From a virus, in the IMG/VR virus record IMGVR_UViG_3300020125_000159, positions 1 through 64,000 of that record: a stretch of DNA of 64,000 bases; one strand, 5' to 3'. The notes beneath the pieces are model-generated. The model was not told the origin of the DNA. It searched no databases and saw nothing but the letters and a program-made list of their open reading frames with translations. Positions 1 through 8,512 of this stretch are shown piece by piece. Each line of letters starts with the position of its first letter. Within the stretch, counting starts at the first letter, position 1. A program made the position numbers and the translations under genes.

Positions 1-29
1 TGCGACTACTGTTACTGCAAGGATCAGAA

Positions 30-221
30 ATGAAAAGACATATTGTGGCAAGATGTTTAGACTGTAGTAAGAGCATATGGATGGTTGCTCAGATAACTAA
101 ACATAAAATAGGGTATCCCAAACACAGGATAAAAGTAATTGATTCTAGTCAATACGACAAATTTGGATTCCCTCTAGACTCTACTGCTCGCAAAATGAAG
201 CGTGAAACATTTTATGGTTAA
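30..221 (+). CDS. Small Cys-containing hypothetical protein
   Basis: 63 aa, CxxC, overlaps next ORF. Confidence 0.5.
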   Translation: MKRHIVARCLDCSKSIWMVAQITKHKIGYPKHRIKVIDSSQYDKFGFPLDSTARKMKRETFYG

Positions 222-432
222 TTATTGCCATAATTACTGTCAAGATTTTAGAGTAAAGCGCGACTATTCTATAGGACCTTATTGTTCAAGTTGTGAGTGT
301 CATGTGTCAGAAGACTCGTTAGTAGGAAATCTAGGCAATCTATGCAGATGTTGTAGGATGGGCGTACGACGTGTCTGTAAACTTCCTCTACATCAACGTA
401 ATAAATTGTGGAAGAAAGTGAAGAGGTATTAA
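202..432 (+). CDS. Small Zn-ribbon protein (thaumarchaeal CxxxC..YCxxC..CxCC..R type)
   Basis: CHNYC, YCSSC, CRCC-R motifs shared with 9609 and 10583. Confidence 0.65.
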   Translation: MKHFMVNYCHNYCQDFRVKRDYSIGPYCSSCECHVSEDSLVGNLGNLCRCCRMGVRRVCKLPLHQRNKLWKKVKRY

Positions 433-526
433 AGTCTGCAATCAGGGCAGGCTTTTTCACTATGGTTTTTATCAGTAGTCAGTAAATTTATGAATCCTAT
501 CTTTTGCTTACAATAAAAACATCTGT

Positions 527-652
527 TTATCTTCTTCGCCAATGATATTCACTAATTGGTTCATGAATGAATTCAAATAGTCTCTGACACGTCCAACTAC
601 AATATTTTCTCCGTCTGTCTATTGGATGATTACATTGTTTGCAGTGTTTCAT
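527..652 (-). CDS. 41-aa Zn-finger peptide (MKHCKQC...YCSWTC)
   Basis: Hand-translated; ATGA-coupled to upstream ORF. Confidence 0.6.
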   Translation of the reverse strand: MKHCKQCNHPIDRRRKYCSWTCQRLFEFIHEPISEYHWRRR

Positions 653-759
653 TTCTTATGGCATTTACAATTACAAAGTTTATTGTCGCATTTGGCATGA
701 TATCTAGCAGATAGTCCCCATGACATAGAACACCAATAGCCTACAACCTTATCTTTCAA
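649..759 (-). CDS. 36-aa Cys/His-rich peptide ending CNCKCHKK
   Basis: Hand-translated, TTG start, part of a tightly packed minus-strand array. Confidence 0.5.
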   Translation of the reverse strand: MKDKVVGYWCSMSWGLSARYHAKCDNKLCNCKCHKK

Positions 760-907
760 TTATTATCCTCCTTCTATTCTTCAATGAATTATGCGGCTTC
801 CTTCTAAGTCGACAACCACAATCTACGCAAAAAGTAATGTCTCTAGACTTTGTGCTGCTTTGACATCTTTTACAATAGCTACTGGTTTCGTAATTTACAC
901 GTACCAA
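749..907 (-). CDS. 52-aa Zn-ribbon protein (YCKRC...CVDCGCRLR)
   Basis: Hand-translated; paralogous motif family. Confidence 0.6.
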   Translation of the reverse strand: MVRVNYETSSYCKRCQSSTKSRDITFCVDCGCRLRRKPHNSLKNRRRIIIER

Positions 908-1042
908 TCAGTCTATCCACTCTCTTTTTCCTTTTCTAAATTTGCCGCAAGGGCAATCGGCGAGCAAGCATTCCTTATTACCGTTAACGTGGTTATCTCT
1001 AGCGTGGCCACATCTCAAATTATTACACCACTGCGATTCCAT
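908..1042 (-). CDS. 44-aa C/H Zn-binding peptide (C..CGH....H...C....CPC)
   Basis: Hand-translated; same pattern as 10945-11112. Confidence 0.6.
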   Translation of the reverse strand: MESQWCNNLRCGHARDNHVNGNKECLLADCPCGKFRKGKREWID

Positions 1043-1044
1043 TA

Positions 1045-1194
1045 TCAAAACTCCTTAGACAGATAATCAGTCTTAGAAAATCCATGAATCTCGTCTAAAT
1101 GTCGTCTTAAATCTTTCACTCCAACTCTGCAATTCATACATGTTATAATGTTATGTTGTTGACATTTGTTTATGAGTACACTATCTTTTGTCAT
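1045..1194 (-). CDS. 49-aa C2H2 finger, Ros/MucR-like pattern
   Basis: CMNC...LRRHLDEIHGFSKTDY. Confidence 0.55.
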   Translation of the reverse strand: MTKDSVLINKCQQHNIITCMNCRVGVKDLRRHLDEIHGFSKTDYLSKEF

Positions 1195-1322
1195 GACTTA
1201 AACTTCACCTTTGTTCGTAGCATTCTACCACAATCAGAACAGCGTTTTTCAGTGGTTATTTTCCATTCACCACAAAACACACAACGTCTATAACCGTGAT
1301 TGTAATATCTTTGAAATTTCAA
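1191..1322 (-). CDS. 43-aa Zn-ribbon protein (RCVFC...CSDCGRMLR)
   Basis: Hand-translated; coupled to both neighbours. Confidence 0.6.
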   Translation of the reverse strand: MKFQRYYNHGYRRCVFCGEWKITTEKRCSDCGRMLRTKVKFKS

Positions 1323-1606
1323 TAATACACCCTCCCCACACTGCGTTTTCTATGTGCTTTTTGTCGTACTGAATTCTTGCATTCAGGACACCTTATGTAG
1401 ATTTTAGATACGACCAGTTGACAATTCCTACAATATGAGTATAAGTCATAGTTTATTCTTCCACAGTTTTTACCTTTCATCATTTCACTGCGACGTCTCC
1501 GCATCTCTGGAGTTCGTATGTACTGGCCAGGTCTAGGCATTTCAGTAGTATACCTTTCCACGTCCACGTAATGGCCTATCTCTGAGGAGAGAGCCACACT
1601 CATCAC
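1319..1606 (-). CDS. NUMOD3-like motif plus Zn-ribbon protein
   Basis: RTPEMRRRRSEMMKG followed by YCRNC...CPEC. Confidence 0.6.
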   Translation of the reverse strand: MMSVALSSEIGHYVDVERYTTEMPRPGQYIRTPEMRRRRSEMMKGKNCGRINYDLYSYCRNCQLVVSKIYIRCPECKNSVRQKAHRKRSVGRVYY

Positions 1607-1666
1607 AGGCTTTCATGATTGGCCTTTTTTCTCCACACTTCATGCAGAATTTAAATTTGTTATAAT

Positions 1667-1957
1667 CTATTTTTGACAATCATTCAACTCCTTCATTACT
1701 TCCTCAACATTCTTCTTCACTCTAGCTCTAACTTCAGGAGATTCATTTTCCATACTCTTCTCACTACGTTTATACAACACTTCATTCAGCTTTGATTCCC
1801 ATTCGTTTTGACGTTCAAGTTTGTATAATCTTTCGTTTATCTTCTCAAGTTTTTTAGCAAGATCAGTATGGAATTCTTCTTTATCATCCTCCTCTAAATA
1901 GTCGAGCCTTTCTTCTATATCATGAAGTCTGTAATTTATTGTGTCGTAGTCGGTCAT
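1667..1957 (-). CDS. Coiled-coil hypothetical protein
   Basis: Heptad-rich; start probably ATG 1957, ATGA-coupled to upstream ORF. Confidence 0.65.
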   Translation of the reverse strand: MTDYDTINYRLHDIEERLDYLEEDDKEEFHTDLAKKLEKINERLYKLERQNEWESKLNEVLYKRSEKSMENESPEVRARVKKNVEEVMKELNDCQK

Positions 1958-2133
1958 TTCACAGACTCCGCCCAATTTATACAGTCAAGGCAGACGAAAC
2001 TAGAATTAGTGATTGAATCTGGATCTTCTTTAAACTTTCCAACTTTTACCTTCTTACAAATCACACATGTCAAAGGCTTTCTCTCATTCTTACGAAATTG
2101 TTCGAATGATTTGTGGGGATTTTCGTACTTCAT
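1954..2133 (-). CDS. 59-aa Zn-finger protein (CVIC...CLDC)
   Basis: Hand-translated. Confidence 0.55.
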   Translation of the reverse strand: MKYENPHKSFEQFRKNERKPLTCVICKKVKVGKFKEDPDSITNSSFVCLDCINWAESVK

Positions 2134-2140
2134 GTCGTTT

Positions 2141-2248
2141 TTATGGAGTGTTCCAGATAGTTATTACAACTACAACGAGTTGCACCAGTATTATGTCTAA
2201 GAAGGCAGTGACCATCGCTATTCTCCGTATCATGCCAGCGCTTTTCAT
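2141..2248 (-). CDS. 35-aa single-TM peptide
   Basis: Hydrophobic run AMVTAFLDIILVQLVVVVITIW. Confidence 0.4.
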   Translation of the reverse strand: MKSAGMIRRIAMVTAFLDIILVQLVVVVITIWNTP

Positions 2249-2268
2249 GACGACATCTCACACAAACT

Positions 2269-2394
2269 TCACTCAACTGGAATACACCTAATCATCTTAA
2301 ACATCCATTCTTTGGGTACAATTACATGACAACTGCCGCCTACTGGTGTAGCCTGTTTAACCACTGGTCCTTCGATTACCCGTCGCGTCTCCAT
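2269..2394 (-). CDS. DUF2080/AbrB-like small DNA-binding protein
   Basis: VKQATPVGGSCHVIVPKEW motif. Confidence 0.65.
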   Translation of the reverse strand: METRRVIEGPVVKQATPVGGSCHVIVPKEWMFKMIRCIPVE

Positions 2395-2490
2395 TGTTGT
2401 ATTTCCTCACTTTTATTGATTGTATTAGGTCGTTGCATGTTTTATTGAATATAACAACATTAATATAAACCTATTACCTAACATAACATT

Positions 2491-2763
2491 ATGTTTACCA
2501 AAAAAAGAGGTGGTGTAACCCAAAACAAAAAGACGTCAGTGGTTGATAAAAACCTTACTGACTATGAAGTGTTCAAAAAGAAGGTATATGCAAAACTGAG
2601 GAGCCATAAATACGGTTTGACATGGCATGAAATAAGGGATAAGGCAAAGCTACAACAGACTGTTCCTAATAATAGATGGACAAAGCAGTTGGAGAGAGAT
2701 ATAGGATTACAACGGGTTAAAGATGCTAGAGGTATGGTTTGGGTGTTAGTTCAATGTCAATAG
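2491..2763 (+). CDS. Winged-helix-like protein heading the ParB-DUF488 operon
   Basis: GLTWHEIR...WTKQLERDIGL; TATA-like TTAATATAAA about 30 nt upstream. Confidence 0.6.
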   Translation: MFTKKRGGVTQNKKTSVVDKNLTDYEVFKKKVYAKLRSHKYGLTWHEIRDKAKLQQTVPNNRWTKQLERDIGLQRVKDARGMVWVLVQCQ

Positions 2764-3983
2764 AAAATATTCCATTAACGAAATTAAAGATAAGCGAACA
2801 AAACGTCAGAAAAGAGGTAGGAGATGTTTCTGAGCTTGCGCAATCTATAGCTGAGAAGGGTGTCTTACAACCACTTTTAGTAAGACCTGAGAATGGCAAA
2901 TATGGAATAATTATAGGTTCTAGGAGATACAGCGCAGCAAAGCAGGCTAAGGTGTATGATATACCTTCTACAATTAGAGAGATGAATGACGATGAGGCCA
3001 TGACTATTTCTTTGGTGGAGAATCTACAACGCGGTGATTTGCAACCAAAGGAAACAGCTGAGGCATTTGCATTACTGTTAAAGAATGGTCTATCAGTTAG
3101 GGATCTAGCTAAAAAGGTTGGTAAGAGCAAGACATATATTCAGTCTGTGGCAGGGACTGTCCAGATTCTGGACACTTTAGATAAAAATAATATCAGAACT
3201 GAGTCATATCCGACTGATGACAATAGAAGGTCTGGTAAATCTATTCCAATGTGGCATGTGTCTGACCTGGCTGATGCACTTGAACAAATAAAACATGATG
3301 GGATACATGAGATAACTGATGATAAAATAGTAGAGGTGGCAAAAGGGATATCTCCGCTACCAGAGAAAGAGACGCAAAAAGTGCTAAAGGAGTTCAAGAA
3401 TGATCCAACCAAACCAATAACCGAGGTCATATTCGATGTCCAACATCCTGACTTAAATCTAGGTGGAATGTCATTTGACTCTAGGGACGAAATAGAAGTG
3501 TCCGCCGAGAGTGAAACATCATCTGAAATGAACGGCAAATTTATCTATAATCTAAATCGAATAAACGAAGAATTCGACTTTTACACTATAGGATATGCAA
3601 ATAGTAGCGTCGAGCATTTCATAGAACGTTTAGAAGCCAAGAAAGTGAAGATGGTTATAGATACAAGAAATAGTGTTGTAAGCTTCTATAAGCCAGAGTT
3701 TAACGGCGACGTTATAAAGAAAGAGTTACAGAAAAAAGGAATAAAATATTCGCATATGCCTGAGTTAGGCGTTCCGAAAGAACGTAGACAATCTCTAAGT
3801 AGCGACAGTGACTATAAGACGTTATGGAAATGGTATGATAAAAATGTCATTCCAACACTAAACGTAAACATAAAATCTACAAAAATCGCATTTATGTGTA
3901 GAGAACTCGACCCAACACATTGTCATAGACATCGTATAGCTGCAGCGTTAGAATCGAAGGGAATGAAAAGTCTTGACCTCTGA
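2754..3983 (+). CDS. ParB/Srx N-domain + HTH fused to C-terminal DUF488 domain
   Basis: LAQSIAEKGVLQPLLVR..GSRRY..ENLQR; C-terminal FYTIGY..IDTR..ELG..MCRELDPTHCHR; start probably ATG 2754. Confidence 0.85.
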   Translation: MSIENIPLTKLKISEQNVRKEVGDVSELAQSIAEKGVLQPLLVRPENGKYGIIIGSRRYSAAKQAKVYDIPSTIREMNDDEAMTISLVENLQRGDLQPKETAEAFALLLKNGLSVRDLAKKVGKSKTYIQSVAGTVQILDTLDKNNIRTESYPTDDNRRSGKSIPMWHVSDLADALEQIKHDGIHEITDDKIVEVAKGISPLPEKETQKVLKEFKNDPTKPITEVIFDVQHPDLNLGGMSFDSRDEIEVSAESETSSEMNGKFIYNLNRINEEFDFYTIGYANSSVEHFIERLEAKKVKMVIDTRNSVVSFYKPEFNGDVIKKELQKKGIKYSHMPELGVPKERRQSLSSDSDYKTLWKWYDKNVIPTLNVNIKSTKIAFMCRELDPTHCHRHRIAAALESKGMKSLDL

Positions 3984-4227
3984 AGTATTTCCAAATGTAT
4001 ATGCTATATGTTGGTTTGCAGATGATGGTGATGCCATATTTGCTCTAACAACTACTAAACAAGATGCAGATACAATCATCAAAGAAACATTAGAAGAGTA
4101 TAAGGACTCAGTAGAAGAGGATCAACTTTCTATAAAACCATATCCACTAATCACATCGGAATATATCAGAAACTGGCGGGATGGTGTTATCAACGACCAT
4201 GTAATGGTGGAAAAAATTGGCAGATAG
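3973..4227 (+). CDS. Acidic hypothetical protein
   Basis: Overlaps both neighbours in the operon. Confidence 0.6.
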   Translation: MTSEVFPNVYAICWFADDGDAIFALTTTKQDADTIIKETLEEYKDSVEEDQLSIKPYPLITSEYIRNWRDGVINDHVMVEKIGR

Positions 4228-5005
4228 TCTAACAGAAGTTCATGAGGAAACTATTACTGTAATAATCAAGACATATCCTGAACGAGCCAGAAAGCATGGT
4301 ACTATTGTATGTGTAGGAGGAATAAATCAAAATGGTGAGCTACGTAGACTATACCCAATACCACATCTATTATGGTTGGATAGAAATATTAGTCCAAAAT
4401 ATGGATTTAGTAAATGGGATATAATTAAAACGAATATAGTACGAAACCCCAACGATCCACGTAGTGAATCACATAAAGTTGTAGATTGGAGAGACATTGA
4501 GGTTGTAGGTCATATAGGTACTAAGAATGGTGGTTGGGAACAGAGACGCAGATTATTAGCGCCCCATATATCGAGTGGGATGAAAACTCTAAATGAGAAT
4601 AAAACACATTGGGCTAGTCAGGGCATAATTAAACCCAGGAAGATCATAGATTTCGCTGAGACTGATAGGGTTCACATAAATGATGAAGCAGCAGAACAAG
4701 TAATGGATATCCAAATTAATCCTATACCTAAAAAAATTGGATTCAAGTTCAAGTGTGGAGATATAGATTGTCCTACATGTACTGGTGATAAAGATTATGA
4801 TAATCATTACACCATGTGTAGTGATTGGGAAGTGGCTCAAATGTATAGAAGAGATGGATTTGAGAAGACAAGACAACATATGATGAATATAGCAGAGACA
4901 AAGGATCTCTATTTGATAATGGGAACCCTTGCTCATAGATGGGCAAAGTTCATCAATGTGGGTATATTCTATCCACCAAAAATTGAGATGGTGATACAGA
5001 AATGA
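4217..5005 (+). CDS. DUF488-associated (dual-OB-like) protein
   Basis: KTYP....CVGG...RRLYP, DPRSESH, DWE, LIMGT motifs. Confidence 0.65.
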   Translation: MADSLTEVHEETITVIIKTYPERARKHGTIVCVGGINQNGELRRLYPIPHLLWLDRNISPKYGFSKWDIIKTNIVRNPNDPRSESHKVVDWRDIEVVGHIGTKNGGWEQRRRLLAPHISSGMKTLNENKTHWASQGIIKPRKIIDFAETDRVHINDEAAEQVMDIQINPIPKKIGFKFKCGDIDCPTCTGDKDYDNHYTMCSDWEVAQMYRRDGFEKTRQHMMNIAETKDLYLIMGTLAHRWAKFINVGIFYPPKIEMVIQK

Positions 5006-5391
5006 TAAAGTCTGTGTCTATAGTGACATACGAGGACCAATACTTTGATGATTATGGTAACGAGACAACTTATGGCAGTACTAATGTATTAGGTGTATTC
5101 GAGAATAAAACACTTGCCGAAAGATTCATTGAAAATGAACTTGAAGTATGGCTTATGGAAGAGCATGATTTTTTTGGCAATAATAATGATGGTTTGTTTA
5201 TTCTACGTACCAGACAGAGAGATACGTATCCAACATTCTTACAAAAACAATGGAATAAATATAATATCAAGAAATATACGATTCAACATGCTGGTGAATT
5301 AAAGAATGCACGAAAGCTTAACTTAATGAGAAAAGAACGATTTGCACAACAGACATTAAATGAAATGCATGAAGTGATTAATAATGACTAG
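5002..5391 (+). CDS. Hypothetical protein
   Basis: ATGA-coupled; VLGVF...AE.F motif common in viral ORFs. Confidence 0.6.
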   Translation: MIKSVSIVTYEDQYFDDYGNETTYGSTNVLGVFENKTLAERFIENELEVWLMEEHDFFGNNNDGLFILRTRQRDTYPTFLQKQWNKYNIKKYTIQHAGELKNARKLNLMRKERFAQQTLNEMHEVINND

Positions 5392-5584
5392 AGTAATTTG
5401 TCCACGTTGTGGCAAATACGGATTATTCAGGCCTTGGAAAGATGGTCATAACGGAAGGGGACATTTGGTATATCATAGAAAGCGGGATAACTAGCCAAAC
5501 CGATGTTACCTCGATCCCCTAACATCTATCGATATTAAAGCAGATATAACGATGGAACAGCAGAAGCAACTCAAACTGATATGA
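5384..5584 (+). pseudogene. CxxC..H..C Zn-finger gene with in-frame TAG at 5492-5494
   Basis: MTRVICPRCGK...YHRKRDN*PNRCYL...; reading frame continues 29 codons past the stop. Confidence 0.55.
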
Positions 5585-5585
5585 C

Positions 5586-5768
5586 ATGACACAGCGTAAA
5601 GGACAGAATCTCATTAATTATATTTATAAAACCAGAAAGAAAGCAATGCAACAAATAAAAGTACCTGGTTTTCCTGAAATAGAACATTTCCTACGATGTC
5701 AGAAAGTTGATCAAGCCATATTTTATATGTCAGACGAAGAGTTTGATAAAGCGATTTCTACTATCTAG
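5586..5768 (+). CDS. Hypothetical phage protein
   Basis: QRKGQ.L.N...IFYMSDEEF motif. Confidence 0.6.
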   Translation: MTQRKGQNLINYIYKTRKKAMQQIKVPGFPEIEHFLRCQKVDQAIFYMSDEEFDKAISTI

Positions 5769-5879
5769 TCGCTAATATCATTTTTTAGTTCTCTTAGGTG
5801 TTTTTCACCCGACTTGGCGCGCGCCGTAGAAGCCTCTGGATACGTAAAACATATTAATTTTACCTAACTTAACAATAGC

Positions 5880-6539
5880 ATCACGACAGAAGAGATACCA
5901 GATTACACACAGATAGCACTAGACGAACTTAGATATCGTTACTCAAAAAAGAGGGAAATAGGCCATGTTTCTGATGTGGTCAATTGTCCCAGGCAACGTG
6001 TGTTTAAGGAGCTTAGTCCGACTGACGTCACCATGCGAGAGCTAAACTACTTCACCCGTGGAAAGGCGATGCACGAAGCCTTACAGGGATTGTTTCTTTC
6101 AAATCCACGCAGATTCAAGAAGGAATATCCAGTAGACTTCGAAGATACAGAGGCAACGATTGACCTATACGATAACAGGTTAAAGGTTGCGATAGAGTTC
6201 AAGACTCATGATACCGAAGATATCGAGCAACCTCACAAGTTTCATTTAGATCAGCTCAAATATTATATGGCAATACTAGATTTAGATAAAGGTGCCGTAA
6301 TTTACCAACTTCTGAGGCATAAAGGAGAGAAACCATTGAAACAATTTCCTGTTTATATGAAGAAGTGGGAGAGATTGGCCCAGTTAGCTAAACTTTCGTC
6401 AGAGATGGAGAGTCTAAAGAATGCAGTGGACAAGAAAGATCCATCATTAGCACGTGCCATTTATGACGATAAGGAGCTAAATTGGTTATGTTGGACATGT
6501 CCATTCAAAACTGAATGCGAAGGTATGCGTCCAACTTAA
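5880..6539 (+). CDS. Cas4-like / RecB-family exonuclease with four Fe-S cysteines
   Basis: HVSDVVNCPR, RGKAMH, ID...EFKT, QLKYY, WLCWTCPFKTEC; start probably non-canonical, upstream of GTG 5976. Confidence 0.85.
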   Translation: MTTEEIPDYTQIALDELRYRYSKKREIGHVSDVVNCPRQRVFKELSPTDVTMRELNYFTRGKAMHEALQGLFLSNPRRFKKEYPVDFEDTEATIDLYDNRLKVAIEFKTHDTEDIEQPHKFHLDQLKYYMAILDLDKGAVIYQLLRHKGEKPLKQFPVYMKKWERLAQLAKLSSEMESLKNAVDKKDPSLARAIYDDKELNWLCWTCPFKTECEGMRPT

Positions 6540-6674
6540 TTGTACTACCGTTTTCATGTAAATGTCGTCACATTATTACACATACATGTAAGGTACGCCT
6601 AATATTATTTTACCCAATTGTTGTGTACTTTTCTTTAAAAACCTTTATTACTCACGCTACATGTCATCTTATAG

Positions 6675-6896
6675 ATGATTTTAACTCTCCTGAATCACGA
6701 AGGAAAGAAAGTTATAAAATTAGACTGTCAGTTTGAGATTGAAGAACACAATTACAGGAAAATGGAACAAGTAGCTAAAGACTTGGGGCTAACAACTATG
6801 GTTCAGTATATAGGCTATGCTATGAATAAGGTAATGCAAGCACACTGTACTGAGTCTAGTCGGGTCAGGTTGGAATCTTCTTTAGAAGCGCGTTAA
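6675..6896 (+). CDS. Small RHH-like regulator
   Basis: Strand-helix-helix pattern; TATA-like CTTTAAAA/TTTATTA upstream. Confidence 0.45.
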   Translation: MILTLLNHEGKKVIKLDCQFEIEEHNYRKMEQVAKDLGLTTMVQYIGYAMNKVMQAHCTESSRVRLESSLEAR

Positions 6897-7245
6897 TTCT
6901 GCTTCGTTCCTCTTCTAAGTGTTTAAGTTCTTCAGCTAGGGCTTTCTGATAATTGTCAATGTCTAGTTTCTGGTCTACGTTAGAAGCAGTGGTATCGCCA
7001 AATCTATTCTTCTGCCAGTTTTGAGCTGCCCAGTCCCTGGATTCAATATACCTATGTTTCTTTTCATAGTAGACTATCATTTCCATAAGAACATTTTTCA
7101 TAAGATCCTTTACACTTTCTATACCATATTTAGCTGCTTCTTCTATAACGATTTTTTGAAAGATCCTATCCAACTTTTTTGGGTATGCCAGGTATGAATA
7201 CTTTTCTCTAGTATCGTCTTTATCTATCTTCACCATTCTAGCCAT
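6865..7245 (-). CDS. Putative RHH + coiled-coil regulator (repressor candidate)
   Basis: Divergent from the early operon; GAGGGAGGG SD-like sequence upstream. Confidence 0.5.
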   Translation of the reverse strand: MARMVKIDKDDTREKYSYLAYPKKLDRIFQKIVIEEAAKYGIESVKDLMKNVLMEMIVYYEKKHRYIESRDWAAQNWQKNRFGDTTASNVDQKLDIDNYQKALAEELKHLEEERSRINALLKKIPT

Positions 7246-7492
7246 GTTTTATCACGCCCCTCCCTCTCTGCAAGGTATCTCATTTCTTTAATTATTGTAT
7301 GTGTCTAGAAACATTTAAAGCTTTGTAGACATTTGTGTAGAATATTTACAAATAATGGCAATACGAATACGTACTAATGTTGACATTTGACTCCTTTCAT
7401 ACCTAATATAGTATCATCATCTATATTTAGTTATGTGTTTATACACTATACCCGTAAAGATTTAATAACATGTACCTTTAAGTTATGTAGAT

Positions 7493-7612
7493 ATGACTGA
7501 CTGGACGGAAGAAGTGATTCGAATGAGAAAGGAACTGCACAAACTCTATGATTTTATGAACAGTCGCGACAATAAGGAGATTAAAGAATTTGTGGAGGAG
7601 AAGGTGAAATGA
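7493..7612 (+). CDS. 39-aa helical peptide
   Basis: Hand-translated; TTTAATAA upstream; ATGA-coupled to 7609. Confidence 0.55.
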   Translation: MTDWTEEVIRMRKELHKLYDFMNSRDNKEIKEFVEEKVK

Positions 7613-7890
7613 GTACAATACAGGTTCAAGAATATCAGCATAAGAAACCAAATGCTTTACTCAGGCAGGGTATTGGAAAATATAAACATATTCGTGGAGC
7701 ATCTAGTGATGGTAAAGATGGTAGATGTGCCATTGGTATAATGCTGTCCGAAACAGGTTGGGACGGCAAATCCCCCGCCCATGCTACCAGGTCATATGAC
7801 GGCATGTTTAGAAAAATTATTCGAATGAATGATGAGGAAAAGTTGTCACTCGAAGAGATATCCAATAAATTAGAGGAGATGGGATATTAA
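7609..7890 (+). CDS. Hypothetical protein (CAxG...ND...EI family)
   Basis: GRCAIG and IIRMNDEEKLSLEEI motifs; SD GGAGGAG. Confidence 0.65.
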   Translation: MSTIQVQEYQHKKPNALLRQGIGKYKHIRGASSDGKDGRCAIGIMLSETGWDGKSPAHATRSYDGMFRKIIRMNDEEKLSLEEISNKLEEMGY

Positions 7891-7891
7891 A

Positions 7892-8512
7892 ATGGCCAAA
7901 CTATGTCAAAATTATACAAACCAAAAGACGGGTAAAACATACCCAGGCTGTGGTCAACCTCTAAAATGGGTAGACGAACAACCTTTAACTAAGGTGGGAG
8001 AGTGGCCTGGCGGGCGACCAAAATATGCAGGTCATTATGAACATTATGACGGCTCACCTAGCAGACATGACGACAGCAACCCACCAAATCAGAAAGCATA
8101 TCAACAGACGTATGCACCACAAATAGAACAATCGGATAAGGATCAAGCTAGATTACAAACAACAGGTTATGCAGATGCAAAATCTAGTTCATTATTTGAA
8201 CAATTTACTAATACCAAGCTGGAGCCATTCATGAAAATATTGGAACAGAAACTTGACAAGCTTATTGATAATGGAGAAACCAAAGCGGCAAGTAACAACG
8301 TTGGTATAGTGTCGCTAAGCAGAGATCTGGACAATCTAGCCACACTAATGGAGAATAGATTAGACGAATTAGGACAGAAATTCGACGCTGTTTTAAAGAC
8401 AACCTCATTTCAAGGGGCTGCTGAGCTCTACAAGAAGGAATCAGGAAATATCCTACCAGAAGGTGAAGAGAATGGCAACAACGGAGGAGATGAGGTATCC
8501 CTTGAAATTTAG
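7892..8512 (+). CDS. Hypothetical protein, C/H N-domain plus coiled coil
   Basis: 206-aa ORF with SD GAGGAG. Confidence 0.7.
   Translation: MAKLCQNYTNQKTGKTYPGCGQPLKWVDEQPLTKVGEWPGGRPKYAGHYEHYDGSPSRHDDSNPPNQKAYQQTYAPQIEQSDKDQARLQTTGYADAKSSSLFEQFTNTKLEPFMKILEQKLDKLIDNGETKAASNNVGIVSLSRDLDNLATLMENRLDELGQKFDAVLKTTSFQGAAELYKKESGNILPEGEENGNNGGDEVSLEI

Noticed and set aside
791-2291. Plus-strand ORFs 791, 1922 and 2067
   Set aside because: The opposite strand is tiled by coupled Zn-finger minigenes
5492-5494. Genome-wide TAG recoding
   Set aside because: Many genes end cleanly at TAG (e.g. 38414, 45038, 63036) and long genes are uninterrupted
5880-6539. CRISPR-Cas locus suggested by Cas4
   Set aside because: Solo Cas4; no cas1/cas2 and no repeat-spacer array seen
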